Below are positions 31,881-44,367 of a DNA stretch of 64,000 bases, in pieces. How positions within the stretch are numbered: the stretch's first letter is position 1; the number at the start of each line of letters is the position of its first letter. This DNA is from Anthoceros angustus (Eukaryota > Plantae > Anthocerotophyta), in contig VJWM01000044.1 in NCBI GenBank assembly GCA_010909165.1, positions 1,922,001-1,986,000 of the forward strand, written 5' to 3'. Both the position numbers and the translations under genes were made by a program. Below the pieces are notes generated by a model, which made no database searches, had not been told where the DNA came from, and saw nothing but the letters and a program-made list of their open reading frames with translations.

Positions 31881-32300
31881 ATCACCCATCAAAGGTCTGC
31901 GGAAAGTCTCAATTTTGTGTCTAAAGCCTGCTTACAGTCACGCCACCCCCTCCTTGTGGAGTGAGATACTGATGAGGAACTCTGTTGATGTCCAGTGGAC
32001 TGCCATTAGTTTACGTGCAGAAATATGTTTGTAGAGACTGGTTGCACAAAGCGTGACTGTGGTCACACTTGCACATTTACTGTTTGTTTCCACGTATTTA
32101 CATATGTACTTTTTTGGGATCATTGGATGACTTATGTACGATTAGGTCATTAAATGTCTCATCATTTCCAGTAAATAGATAGGTACATAAACTTCGTGCC
32201 TACTGCCACCTAAGTTCTAAATACACCCGTATGATTGTTTTCCTATGGCTAATCTTATTAATAAGAATAGATTAATTCTTAACATCTATTTGACCAGCGT

Positions 32301-32372
32301 TCCGTAATAGTCTAGTGGTTAGGATACCTGGCTTTCACCCAGGCGACCCGGGTTCGAGCCCCGGTTACGGAA
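32301..32372 (+). tRNA. trnE-UUC: tRNA-Glu (anticodon TTC)
   Basis: Acceptor stem TCCGTAA/TTACGGA, anticodon arm CCTGG-CT TTC AC-CCAGG, T-loop GGTTCGAGCC, downstream T-run at ~32390. Confidence 0.95.
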
Positions 32373-32482
32373 TATGACTCGGCTTAGCCTTTTTCATTTT
32401 AGAACATACTAATTCGTCAGAACTTTCAGAACTTTTTAGATATTTAGCTACTTACTATTTTATATTATTAGATCTTAAAAAT

Positions 32483-34236
32483 CTAATATTTATAGTCCTT
32501 GACATGTAGGGATTCTGAAGCTGCACCTCCAGCAGTGGGATCATGAACATATTTGCCTAACGTAGCTTCTGAATTAGCCTTACATCGAGCTAACAAAGCC
32601 TTTTGTGCATCATAAATATTGTCCTTTTTCCCACCCCATGCTTTTAAAGTACTTTGCTGCAAAGCTCTTCCATATGAAAAGGTTAAAGTCCAAGGTTTGA
32701 CGCCATTAAATTTGTTTATAGCATTTAAATTGATAGTAGCTTCTTCCTCACTTTGACCTCCTGAAAGGAAGACAATCCCTGGAACAGCAGGAGGTACAGT
32801 TCTTTGAAGAGCGGTAACTGTACATTTTGCAATAACATCAGGATGAACCTTTTTAGCCTCTGAACCAGGTGTGACCATGTTAGGTTTCAAAAGGGTTCCT
32901 TCTAATAGGACATGTTGCTCATTCAATGCCTTGTAACACGCAGCTAATACCCTTTCAGTAACCTCTTGACATTTTGCAATATCATGAGATCCATCAACCA
33001 AAATTTCTGGCTCGACAATTGGTACCAAGCCATTCTCTTGGCAAATGATGGCATATCTAGCAAGACCCTGAGCATTTTGTTGTATGGCAAGCTCGGAAGG
33101 CTCGTTAGGGCCAATTTTTAAGACAGCTCTCCATTTGGCAAATCTGGCACCAGCTTGATAATAGGTTGCACAACGCTCTGCAAGACCATCTAATCCTTGA
33201 GTGGTTGTCTCTCCATTAGTACCAGCTAGCTCAACTGTACCTTTATCTACCTTGATCCCAGGGATGACACCACCTTCTTCCATCACTTTAACAAACAATT
33301 TTCCTGTTGAGGTTTTTTGATATAGAGTTTCCTCATATAAAATTACACCACTAAGATAGGGTAAAACCCCGGGTGCTGTAAATAATAATTCTCGGTAGGC
33401 TTGTCTATTAGCTTCAATGTTTTCAACATTTATAGCTGCAAATCGCTTGCCAATCGTCCCAGTACTTTCATCTGCTGCAAGAATGCCCTTACCTGGTGTT
33501 GCTATATATTTGGCATTTTTTATTAACTCTTCTGTAAATTTTAAAAATATAGTGTTAATATATATTATCAAAATTCACAAAGAAAGGTCAAATGCTTACA
33601 TTAATATGTCAATGAATCTTTTTCTCTATGAAGTAAGGAGCTTTCTTTTCACCTAGAAAAGAGACGAAGAGCTATTTGTATTTGATTGAAAACCAAATCT
33701 TTTCATAGATGTGATCAAGGATTTTGAAGGGTCAATTATTGCATTTGGTAAGCTGGGTTGAGTCAAATTCCGAGTCTCACCGCACTTAGCACAATTGCAG
33801 GCCATTGGAAATCTCACTCTGGAAACTCACTCAGGGAATCCTTACCCCTTATATTGGATCTTTGAATAGAGAGTTACTTAACTAAAGAGATACACTTTCC
33901 TATTTTCAATGATCTCAAAATCAAGGAACTATAGATAAGAGATCTGATCACCATACATGTTAGAAAGAAAACATATTGAACAATATGATGATTTCAAATT
34001 CTTTGTCTTATACTATAAGAGAAATCCAGGCAGATGCACTAAAAAGATGGGAGCGTGCTTTCAGATTAAATTGAATTACTTTAAGTATGTGCTCTCAAAT
34101 TGAGTTGAATTTCCCCATGATTCAAGCTTGATATCTATATACTCAATAATCATATATATGTGCTTTTGTCCTTAAAGCATGATATATAATTACTGAGATG
34201 TGAAGTACCTGTATACTTGTTGGTGAACGCAGACAT
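32483..34236 (-). CDS. FBA: Cytosolic class I fructose-bisphosphate aldolase, 358 aa, 2 coding exons
   Basis: Exon 1 34209-34236 ([10 protein letters not shown]|GT), intron 33532-34208, exon 2 32483-33531; total 1077 nt in frame. Motifs [48 protein letters not shown]-terminal Tyr. Confidence 0.97.
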
Positions 34237-35124
34237 CTTTACTAAAATAAAGACTTGAAGAAGGCTTACAATTGTCTTCTTGAGGCCTGCAATAAGAATA
34301 TTTCAAGCAAAATAACTCAAGCTGTAATCTTTTCAAAAAAAAAGGAAAAAATGAACAAATGAATAACAAAGGTAATAGTGGAAGGAGCACACCGGGAAAC
34401 TCCAACCGATCAAGTTAGAAGACAGAGTTTTCAATGCCCATGTAAAGTCTTGAAGAAATTATCCCTCAAAAGAAGGACCATGAATAATAGGAAGGGCAAT
34501 CGACGCAACCTTCTATCTCTCGATTTAATTCCAGACTTCAATACCTGGCTTTATTTTATATTAATATATTTTATCATTTTTTATTAGGTGTATGAATATC
34601 ACCCCACGTAGACATAAAAATAACCATCAAAAGGTAGTGTTGTGGGGGCAGCTTGTTCCATTGACATCTCACACACTTGCAAGAGCACGGAAGATCGACA
34701 CCTCCGAGCGCATCACACGGTGTACCAGTTTAGGGACTCTGGAAGCGGAATGTGGTATCTGGAATGCACCATCCCTCCATATATGCGTGCCCACAACAGG
34801 GACATTTTATTCCTGGCAGAAAGCGATACACCTTACGGTATACAAAACTTTGCCACAGAAAGAATGATGAGACTCCTTGACGGAGTGTCAATCTCATGCG
34901 TCCGTATGTTACAGCATTGTACAGGCTGCACATCTAGCTACTTGCACGCAAATGCGGTCAAGCAGCCTCATTCCGCTTCACGCATTCGGCGAAGGGCCCA
35001 CGAGAAAGACGTACCTCCAGTCAGACAGCAGCACCTCAAAAGGGCCCCAAGAAATCTAGCTACGAAGATGACCTCAAACAAGCTTGTCCTTCCCCCTTGC
35101 AACGCCGATGCATTACCAAAAGAC

Positions 35125-38100
35125 TCAACGCAACTTGGCTGACCTCGCTGCTTCCAATGTGTCAAGTTTCACCAGTTTCACATTCTGGTATACACGTCTC
35201 AGCTCCTTCATCGCCTCTTCCTCAATCTGAATGCACCGCAAGGATGAAGGACTCTCCTCATCTGGCTTATACCATCTATTCGGGTTCTCAATGGAAGTTC
35301 CTGGGGAATGGTCTGCATTCACGACAAATCCGCTACTTGCACCATGTGTGGGTCCAAAGGGACTGATCGACTGAGGACTACCCCAAGGATTGCTGCTCCG
35401 CTGGCTCCCTTTATGTTTCCGCTGAACAACAAACGAACCCATCAAAGATTAAACGGACAATGAAGTAAATTGCCAGAGACAATTCAATAACAAATAGCAG
35501 AGATTACCTGCTCCAGCTGGATGTCACGTAAAGATCGCACCGATTGCCCAGGAGAAGCACCTGACCATGGCGGGGGACTTGACTCCAAGAGGCTTTTAGG
35601 AGTTGCCGGAGCAGTAACCACAGCAATAGGTTCAGATGCACGGACAAATGGAGTCCATTGCACCCTCTTGTTCCCACCCTTGAACTCTTCGTGCAGGTTG
35701 TCGCTACTCCCAATGCGGTTTAGGCCCCCACTCTTCACTCCCTTAACAGGTTGTGAATGTTTTGGCGTGATGGGGCTTTGCACCGCTGCTTCAACTGCCA
35801 ACTCTGCTGTCTGACTCGTCTGTATTTCTAGCAATGAATCTGATACCTTGGCAGCTTTAGCTCCTCCCCAGGCAGGACAATCGGCTCTTGCAACTACCCG
35901 TTTTGGAGGAGCTTCCAATGCACCACTCAAAAACATGGACAATCCTCCTTTCTTTGCTTTCTTCTTTGTAGCCGCTAATCCAGGAACAGTTCTGGGAAAG
36001 TGATGCGTAAATTCAGGTGAAAAATCTGAAAGTCAACAGACAAGGAATTGCAATGAGTTGATGAATAAGAAGACATGATCGCCATGCAACTAGCACACAG
36101 ATCCTTGCCTAGAAGGTTTGTGCTTCTGTGGTAATCGAAGGTATCAATTCCACCACGTGCATGCTGAGAGGCTGATTGCAACCTCGCTTTAGCCTCACAC
36201 CAGTTATCCGATGGTGGGATGTCCTACATCCCAACCAACGAGAGGATAAGCAGGAAGGCTTGTTAAACAGGACAGTAGCGTGCAAGAATCAGAACCACCT
36301 CGCAACTCACCTCAGTCCCCACGGATGGTATTTCAGGTTGTACCACCGATGTCACTGGCGTGCTGACATCTTCATCACTTTTTGAAGGGAGTGTCAACTT
36401 CTTCGGCTTCTTTTTACTTGCCTTCCGATGTGACTGAGAAGCATGTGTCTTTTGCTGACTGGTATTCTCCGCAGGCTTAAGATCACCTGTCTCCTTCTGT
36501 TTCTGAATCGACCTGGGGAGGACACCTGACTCCAGAGAGGCAAGAACTTCCTCCAAATGCTGCTTTGTTTGAAGCTTGGCATACTGCTGACTGTCAAGTG
36601 TCTGACCCGTGGAAAGTTTCAGTTCAAGTCCTTCGATCTGCTGCAATTTCTTCCGGACAGCTCGCATCTGCTTCTGAATATCCTCATCTGCAACACTCGC
36701 CAAGTGGTTGACTTCCTCACTGACTCTCACATCTTCTGGTGAAAGCCCAGAAGGATTGTGAGGAAGCATTCCTCGCACTCGAGCACTAATATCGCAACTT
36801 TCCTCTTCACTATCAATAACAGCTGGAAGAGTGGCAGTATGTGTCGGCAGTCGACGATGACTCCAGGGGTGCACGGAACTGGCATCCAATGATTTCTCGA
36901 GTTCAGCCAGCAGTGCTGGTCTCAATTGACCAAACACTGACGACGACATGGTGAGCACGTAACTTAGATTGTGCAGCAACATATCCTGGCCCACAAGAAA
37001 AGGCACAGATCAAACCAACATCTGGGGCTTCTACTGTGGAAGAGCCCTGAAGTCTTACCCAGGAAAATCAACCTCTGCAGGTCATGGTACATACCTCACA
37101 AAAGCTCCGTAGCTTCTCAGCTTCAAGGGCCTCAGCAATTTCGAAGACATGCAGTACATTCTTTGGTTCAACCATAGACTCGATGACAACTTCTTGGCAC
37201 AGTTCCTTGAGGCTAGGCACGACTGGCGCCACCTTATTTACCAGAACCTCAGGCAAGAACTCAAACTCTTCACAGAGTTCTGTATCCTCACCACTTTCTT
37301 CACCTGCTTGATGGGCGCTCTTTGATTCAAGCATTGGCTCAGGCGGATAAACAGGGACAAACAATGATGCTACGACAAGTGAATGATTTTCACCCACAGA
37401 CAAGGTTGTGGCATGCTTGATTCCATGCACACGCATTGGTGCAGGTGGACTTTCCCCTTTACTGTCCTCTCCATCCCAGATGAAAACGCAGCCATCCCCA
37501 GTAACCACAGACGTCCTGTATTTGCCAGCTGCAACTGCAACAGCTTGATGTCCAGACATAGCGAACAACTGCCACATTAGCATAAGCATATTAGCTTGGA
37601 GACAAATGACAGGATTCCTCCACTAATTGCACTTCTCAAGCAGTTCAAGTAACTTGCGGACCTGATGACTTTTAAGATTTTGATCTCCCGAAGACCAATA
37701 GAAAACCGTGCCATCTTCAGAAATAGCTGATGTGTGCATAGTTCCTGCTGCTATGGCAACTATATGCAGTCGCTCTACACGGTGAAACTTCAGAGGTACA
37801 AGACCACTTTTCTTAGTGTTCCGGGTGATTTGCACGCGCCTAGGTGTAACCATCTTATAGCCCCATGTGTACACCTGCACGAAAATTTGCATCTCAGTTT
37901 GACTTGGTGGGTTCAATACAACTATCAAGCTCACCAGAAGTGTACTGTCACACTTACTTCCCCTTCACTTCCAAGAACAACAGTATGATACTTCGAAGCA
38001 GAAATGGATGTCATCTTTTTCCCCTTCAAGTAGTCCACACATCGAGGGGCACAATTATAGGAAGAATTTGACGTCCCATATCCTAATTGCCCTTCAGTGT

Positions 38101-39518
38101 TGCAGCCCCAAGTCAACACCTCCCCAGTTTCGGTCACAACTGCACTATGCTTGTTCGCAGCAGCCACTTTCACCACTCTTGCTTTCAGTGTGCTGACTCG
38201 ACGAGGCGTTGGCTGTGTGTCCACAGCAGGATAGCCAAGCTGACCCTCTGCAGTCAAGGAGAACTGCGCCTAAGCAACCAAGAGCAGGACCAAGCAGTGA
38301 ACCGGAAGAAAAGAACTTCACTTTAAAGCCATACCTCGGTTTGATCCCCAGGTATAAACTTCGCCATTGTCCGTAGCTACAATCGTATGATGTTTCGCTG
38401 CAGCTATGGCAGTAACACGGCGTGCACCCAGCCCACTGATTACTTGCTGAGGAGTGATGACTGCCACTTGCCCACTTCACACACAAATCCTTCATGTCAG
38501 CAAAACGGTACAGACAGTACGAAATGAGGAGACCAGTTATATCGTGTGATGGTCTGACACAATTTGTGTTCTCTTTCCTTAAAACCACCGTGGGTTACCT
38601 GTGGATGTCAAAATCCGGGTGCCCCAACCGACCACCTCTCCCAAAGCCCCAGGAATAAACGTCTCCACTGGCAGTGAGAGCAACAGAGTGGAATTTGGCC
38701 GCCGCCACAGACTTCACATCTAGTCCTCCTAACGTATCAACTCTGCACGGCTTTCTCTGAATCCCAGATGTACCCGTCCCAAGTTGATAGTTGAATCCAT
38801 TCCCCCAACTGTACACTTCAGTGGCACTCTCTGAAGCACAAGTGTTACTGGTTAGGCACAGGACTATCCGCGACCACAAACACCGATTCCCAGCCATCAA
38901 AATTTTATGGAAAATGGAGAAAGGCTACGGCCAATCATCCCATACCTCCACCCTTCGAATCTCTTATACTTTGCTGAACAGGACCTGAGATCATGTCCAC
39001 GGGAACCCGCCCCTTAGTATCCTCTACAGTCAAAGAAGCTCCAGCTTCGATCAAGACTCCCGACACAGCCAGGTGTCCAAAGTGGAAAGCTCTGTGCAGG
39101 CTTGTCCAACCAGATTCTCCATCCTGAGATAAGATGAGGGAAATCTCAGGTTAGCGAAGAAATCGGGGTACTGCAAGACTACCTACCTTTCGCAAAAATG
39201 GCTATAGAGAGACAAACTGCATGAAGGAGCTTCTGGCTTAAGCAGGAATCACCGCACCCTGGCATCTGGATTGGCTCCGGCGGCAAGTAACCTTTGAACA
39301 ATGGGGACATGGTTCCTCCAGACAGCAATATGAAGCGCGGTGGACCCAAAAAAATTTCTCGTATCAACATTGCCATTTATCTTCTTCAGTGCTGCCAGAG
39401 CCACCTCAACATCGTGGACTGAGCCATCTCTCGCAGCTGCCAAGAGCTCCTTGGACGGGGTTCGGCTCCTTGAACTCCCATGCTTCGACGGGGTCCCTAC
39501 AAGAGCCGAGGTCTCCAT
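35125..39518 (-). CDS. Ankyrin-repeat plus RCC1-repeat (plus BTB/BACK-like) protein, IBTK-like, multi-exon
   Basis: GSTALHIAVWRNHVPIVQRLLAAGANPDAR ankyrin; RCC1 repeats VYSWGNGFNYQLG, AAKFHSVALTASGDVYSWGFGRGGRLG, TWGCNTEGQLG; PSLKELCQ...AEKLRSFCE; C-terminal RWYKPD...IQIEEEAMKELRRVY. Internal exon limits not all resolved. Confidence 0.85.
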
Positions 39519-40989
39519 TTCCAATGCAGGCCCCTCGCTCTGCTGCAGTGCACGAAACCCCACACTAAATCTGACCGCTGCAATGCTGTCCTTCAGCTGT
39601 GCTGCTGCCCGTCCCTCTCCCCGATCTCGTCACCGATTCCTTTTACACTGATGCACTACCACATCCGTCTTCATCAATCTCACCGCCCAAGTAGCAAGTA
39701 AGAACCAGAAGCCACTGGCATGAACCCATAAATCTCCCTGGACACACTACATTCCCCAGAAAGGAGCAGCTACTGCGACTCCACGGAATTAACAGGAGCA
39801 TTAGCTCAAGTTTTCAAGTCTCCCACACCAATTTCGGTCTCGGCAACATCGCACGCTGAACGCAAGCCACGATTCTGCGTCCAACCCAGTTGCACCCACA
39901 CAACGAGCGTTAGAACCCTAGACTCCACCAACTGAACCACGACCACATGCGGAATGTGATCCTATCCCACCTTGTAAATCCGAAAATCCACTCCACCAGC
40001 TCCAACACGGACCCCGCAGCCGGCACAGTGACTCCCGATTCGCGAACAAGAATTGCACAAAAGCAAGGTTGATCTTTCCAATTGCGAGGCACACCAGCAG
40101 CCTGGCGGGAGATCGACGGTGTTTTCCGTGTGGCGCAAGACTGCGAAAGGGAACGGAGAGCGTGGGAAGGCCCTCTCCTTATCTTGAGGCAATCAGAGAG
40201 GAAAAGGCACCTCAGAACCTTGCCAAAGGAATATCACTCCAAGACCGCACCTTCCTGCTGCCACAGTCGCATATTACTTCTACTCTGTCCGACAACCACG
40301 TGGGGCCTGTGTTGGACTTCCAGTGACTTGGATTTCATTGGCTGTCGTGGACACGACATTCTGCACCTGGCATTTTGCCAAAGCGTCTCCAACGTTTCCA
40401 CAAATTAGAAGAATTTTGAGGCCGAGAGTTTTTCTGTTTTTGGGGGTTGTTCGTACGGTAGTTCCCGTGGTTGTTTCATACAGGTACATAGGTACATAAC
40501 CAGTATATGTACATAGAAAGGTACTCACCTGTATAGAATCCGAGATGACAGTTCTAAAGTGTGTTGAATATTATATATAATTTAATCATATTAGATGATC
40601 TATCTAGTAGGGTATACATATATTAATCATGATAGCTATCTCCATTAATATGAGCTTCTCAAACTACATAACCGATGTTAAGAAAATAATCTCATCAGTA
40701 TGGCGCACTTTATCTTCCACTTCATTCAAAGGTTCTAAAAGACCTCACAACAGCTGAGGTATACCCACTATGAGAAGACCCTTATAATAAGGGCCACTTG
40801 ATTGTGCGCCAAACAGCAAAAATAGTAAATCAAGAAGTCCTTCGTATTTTATGTTCCTTTGACTACGGAGAGGCCAGAAAGGGCTTGTAAAAGATCTACC
40901 ATTGAGGACCCGATAGCAAAGATTGTATACCACGCACCCCTGAAGGCTTTTATAACAAGGCGTCAAAAGGGCTTCACAAGAGGCTGGGC

Positions 40990-42480
40990 CCTTAATAATA
41001 GGCAGACCCTAGAGGGCAAAGGACAAGGTTGTTGAAGGGCATCAAAATAAGTAGGCTACCAAGGGCCAAGAATATCCCATCCCATGAAAGCTCTATAGGG
41101 TGTCAAAACAATCAGGCCACCAAGAGTAAGAATATTCATCCTAGTAGTGCTTTGAAATGTTCCCAAGTCAAAGAAAGAGAGGAAAAAATATATATTTTGA
41201 ACCGAGCACAACATGCCTTTGCTAAGGACTCAAGACCTTAAATTTACAAGGCTGACATTCTACCACTTAGTCTAACAACAACAATAATGATATTTATATC
41301 TAAGGGTGGAAGGACCACCATCATGGGATAGAAAAAGTACAGCTGAAATGTGGTAAGAAAAAACGTACACTTACATACATTAAAACTAGATAAATGGAAA
41401 CAGTGGAAAGGAAGTAACAAACAAAAGTGCAACCAAATCAATCAATCAACTGTATCAGTAAAAGTTTAGGGACGAGGATTATATATAACCAACTGATCTC
41501 TACGGAATAAGGCCACTTGACCCGCAGCACGAGCAGCCTTAAAAGTAGGCAATTTCCCCTTCTTATGTTGCCATTGCAACGGTGTAAGATCCTTGGTAAC
41601 GTATAAACCTGTTTCTCGCAAACTAGTCTTTGCCTTCAAAACCTTAAACCGATAATCCAAGGAATGGAAAGTCATCATCAATGTGTGCTCCCGGCCGAGA
41701 ACCTTTTCAAGGCTCGGTTCGAAGTTTCAAAATAAACTTCTTTGGAAGCAAGGGGGACCGTAATCTCTACAGAGACCCATAAATTTCTCTACATATGTAG
41801 GTAAGGCCAGGTCCTAATCTATTAATAGCCTTTTCCGTAACTTTTTGGGAGAAATCATCATTCTTCAGCCCACTTCTATAATGCCTGCGCTGTCTCCACT
41901 ATTTAGAATCAATAATTTTGCAAAAAACCTTCACAAACCACCATGACTTGTCATTCATCTTTGATCGAACAAAAAGTGTGATTTGCCGAGAAGAAGGTAA
42001 GGCAAAGACCACACCTTCCAAGGCATTGACCTGTGATAGAAGAGGACGAAGTTGATCCTTGAAGAAATGCTCTAAATGTCGGGCCCTGTGTTGGAGAGCA
42101 TACTGCATTAACGGATCCTTACTAGCAGAGCAATTAAATAATCAAAACACCTTTTGACGCAAAAACAAAACCATTACTTGCAAATAAAGGGTTAATGGGC
42201 TGAATAGATACAGTAGCCGAGTGAAGAGACTGTTGCAACTCCTTAATCATATCATCCTTTATATTCTTCCGAGCAAATTTTTTCATATTTATCCCCAAAA
42301 CCAGAAGAGTAATATTATTGCTATTAAGCTTGTTAAAACCCTATTGTAAATTTTGGATAAGGACATCTTTATCAACCAGGTTCTTCGTAATTTTAGTCTC
42401 CAAGGCATTCACCTGGTGATCCAATGCAATCAACTTGGTGTCCCTAAACTTTACCATATGAGGTTTCGAAGGAATAGGTT
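40990..42480 (-). mobile_element. Degenerate LINE remnant (ORF1-like C-terminal domain and start of endonuclease)
   Basis: KVLKAKTSLRETGLYVTKDLTPLQ...KAARAAGQVALFRRDQLVI resembles LINE ORF1 C-termini. It is followed by a stop-riddled *NV...LTWE segment like an APE endonuclease start. Confidence 0.5.
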
Positions 42481-42494
42481 GAAAACCTAGAGAG

Positions 42495-42637
42495 TGGAGG
42501 ATTGCGATGCAATAATAACCCAAAGAAAAAATTACGAAACCTGGAGGATTGCGATGCAATAATAACCCAAAGAAAAAATTACGAAAACCTGGAGGATTGC
42601 GATGCAATAATAACCCAAAGAAAAAATTACGAAAACC
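42495..42637 (+). repeat. 47-48-bp tandem repeat x3
   Basis: tggaggattgcgatgcaataataacccaaagaaaaaattacgaaaacc at 42495, 42542 and 42590; no spacers. Confidence 0.95.
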
Positions 42638-43590
42638 CTAAATTACCACTAGGGCAACGGCCCCAGGAAGCATGGGCAATGTAGCAAACCCCCAACTGGA
42701 GGCCCCTAACGCAGAGCATCGCACCCCATAGCCAGCCCTGCCCCGAGCAGAACCTAATGGATCCTCGTCACCTGCGGAACACCAAACCATACGCTAACCC
42801 AATCCATTTCACTAATTATTTGATTCATGAGGAGTTTATGTAGGTTTCGCTCATCAAAAGACCCATGGAACCGTGGATGGTGTCTTGTCCTATAGATAGG
42901 TTCAGGTTCGTCTCCACAATGGAGAAGCTGAACGTCGAGTATAGGAGCCTAATTTTAAAGTGATACAACATAAGATAAAAATTCCTTTAGATCTCCTGTG
43001 TGACGAGATGATATTGTAACATCACCCTCATTACCTCCTATTTTTCTTCCATTCCATTCTCACATATCCTTTCAAACATATCAACCATTTTGATCCTTGC
43101 GAGTCCCCTAATATCAACCGTCTTAGTGTGTGTACCAAGTAGTTTGCCCAAGGAATTGCTCGCGAGATGGGGCAGAGCAAACAATAGAAATATCAATTTG
43201 GGTGTGATCCCCTTGAAGTGAAGATGTCATGGCACCAGAACTGCAATTAGTATTCTTATTTATATTTGACAATATTCATATTTTTGGAGCAACTAGAGGT
43301 TAAGGATAATCAAGTTGGCCAAGGAAATTCGCAAGAACGGGAGGGAAGGAAGGAACAGGAAGCCACAATAGCTAGAGCTTAAGATTAATAACCAAGGAAA
43401 AAAAGGAGCGAAAGGCTAGTAGAGTAATGAAAAAAAGGGAGGCGGCAGATTGAGAAGCTAAAAGAATGGGAGAGAGCGCACATAGAGATGGATCAAGCGG
43501 TTAAAAGTGTTGTTCTAGTTGTAAGGGATGTAGCAGTATCATTGAGAGAAGGCAAAGTGGACTGCAATAGAAAGAGCCACCGCAGAAGCA

Positions 43591-43612
43591 AGAGAGAGAG
43601 AGAGAGAGAGAG
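43591..43612 (+). repeat. (AG)11 microsatellite
   Basis: Direct reading. Confidence 0.95.
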
Positions 43613-44367
43613 CAATTACTTCGGCTCTTGTCGCTGAAGGAGGTACAGTTTGTGAAAGCTGCTACAAGTTTTGTTTATTCCTAGTAATCGACTTAGTGGT
43701 TCTCACCTTACTAAGTGTGAAGAGACTAGTAGCATGTAAAGACGATGTACAATTACGCATCTATCTATTTAAACAATGATTGTTTTTCCACTAAAAAACT
43801 TCTATGGGGAGAGTTGCACCCATTGAAGCTTGTGCAAGGACGGCACGAGAGTGAGCAACTTAGTATCAATAGCAAGAGTGATGGACTTTAATAAGGTTTT
43901 CTACAATTGACCAAACAATAAGCCATTGGGTGTCTTAATGATGCAATGGCATTGTACTCTCTAGATGGTAAGCAACAATTTTTTATTTACTTTGGTGTCC
44001 TTCATCAAGATCATACATAGAATCACGAGGTTTTTTGGGTAAATAGAAGAATCATGAGGTTAGCCAGACCTTTGTGAATAAACAAAGGAGCCTATCATCT
44101 TCAATATGGCCCCTTGTTGGGTTATTACCATTAATTGTTAACTCCAGTGTTGCTCCGCTTCATTACGGTTTATAAGTAAGGATAATGATATTGATTGTAA
44201 ATTTTCTCTTAAACATCTCAACTTATCTAAATATTTAAGTTATATATATATATTAAATATAATTTCATAAAAAATCTAAAAAAATATAACTATGTAATAA
44301 TCAACTAGATATTATTTCAAGAAACTTGAGTGAAGATTGATATTTATAAAAATATGAGAGATGAAAT

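Noticed and set aside
32483-33571. Aldolase as an intronless retrogene or horizontal transfer
   Set aside because: A proper first exon (34209-34236) and the usual plant phase-1 intron are present; the ORF-track N-terminus is intron read-through.
34642-35142. 166-aa plus-strand ORF beginning MGAACS (looks like an N-myristoylation signal)
   Set aside because: The start is GTG, not ATG; no recognisable domain; it overlaps the probable 3' UTR and end of the ankyrin-RCC1 gene.
42495-42637. Regular 48-bp repeats as a CRISPR array (also considered for 53345-54135 and 15075-15320)
   Set aside because: Units are contiguous with no unique spacers, there are no cas genes, and the context is eukaryotic.
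42750-44340. Possible TE protein remnants in the intergenic region
   Set aside because: Frames are too interrupted to assign a family without a database search.
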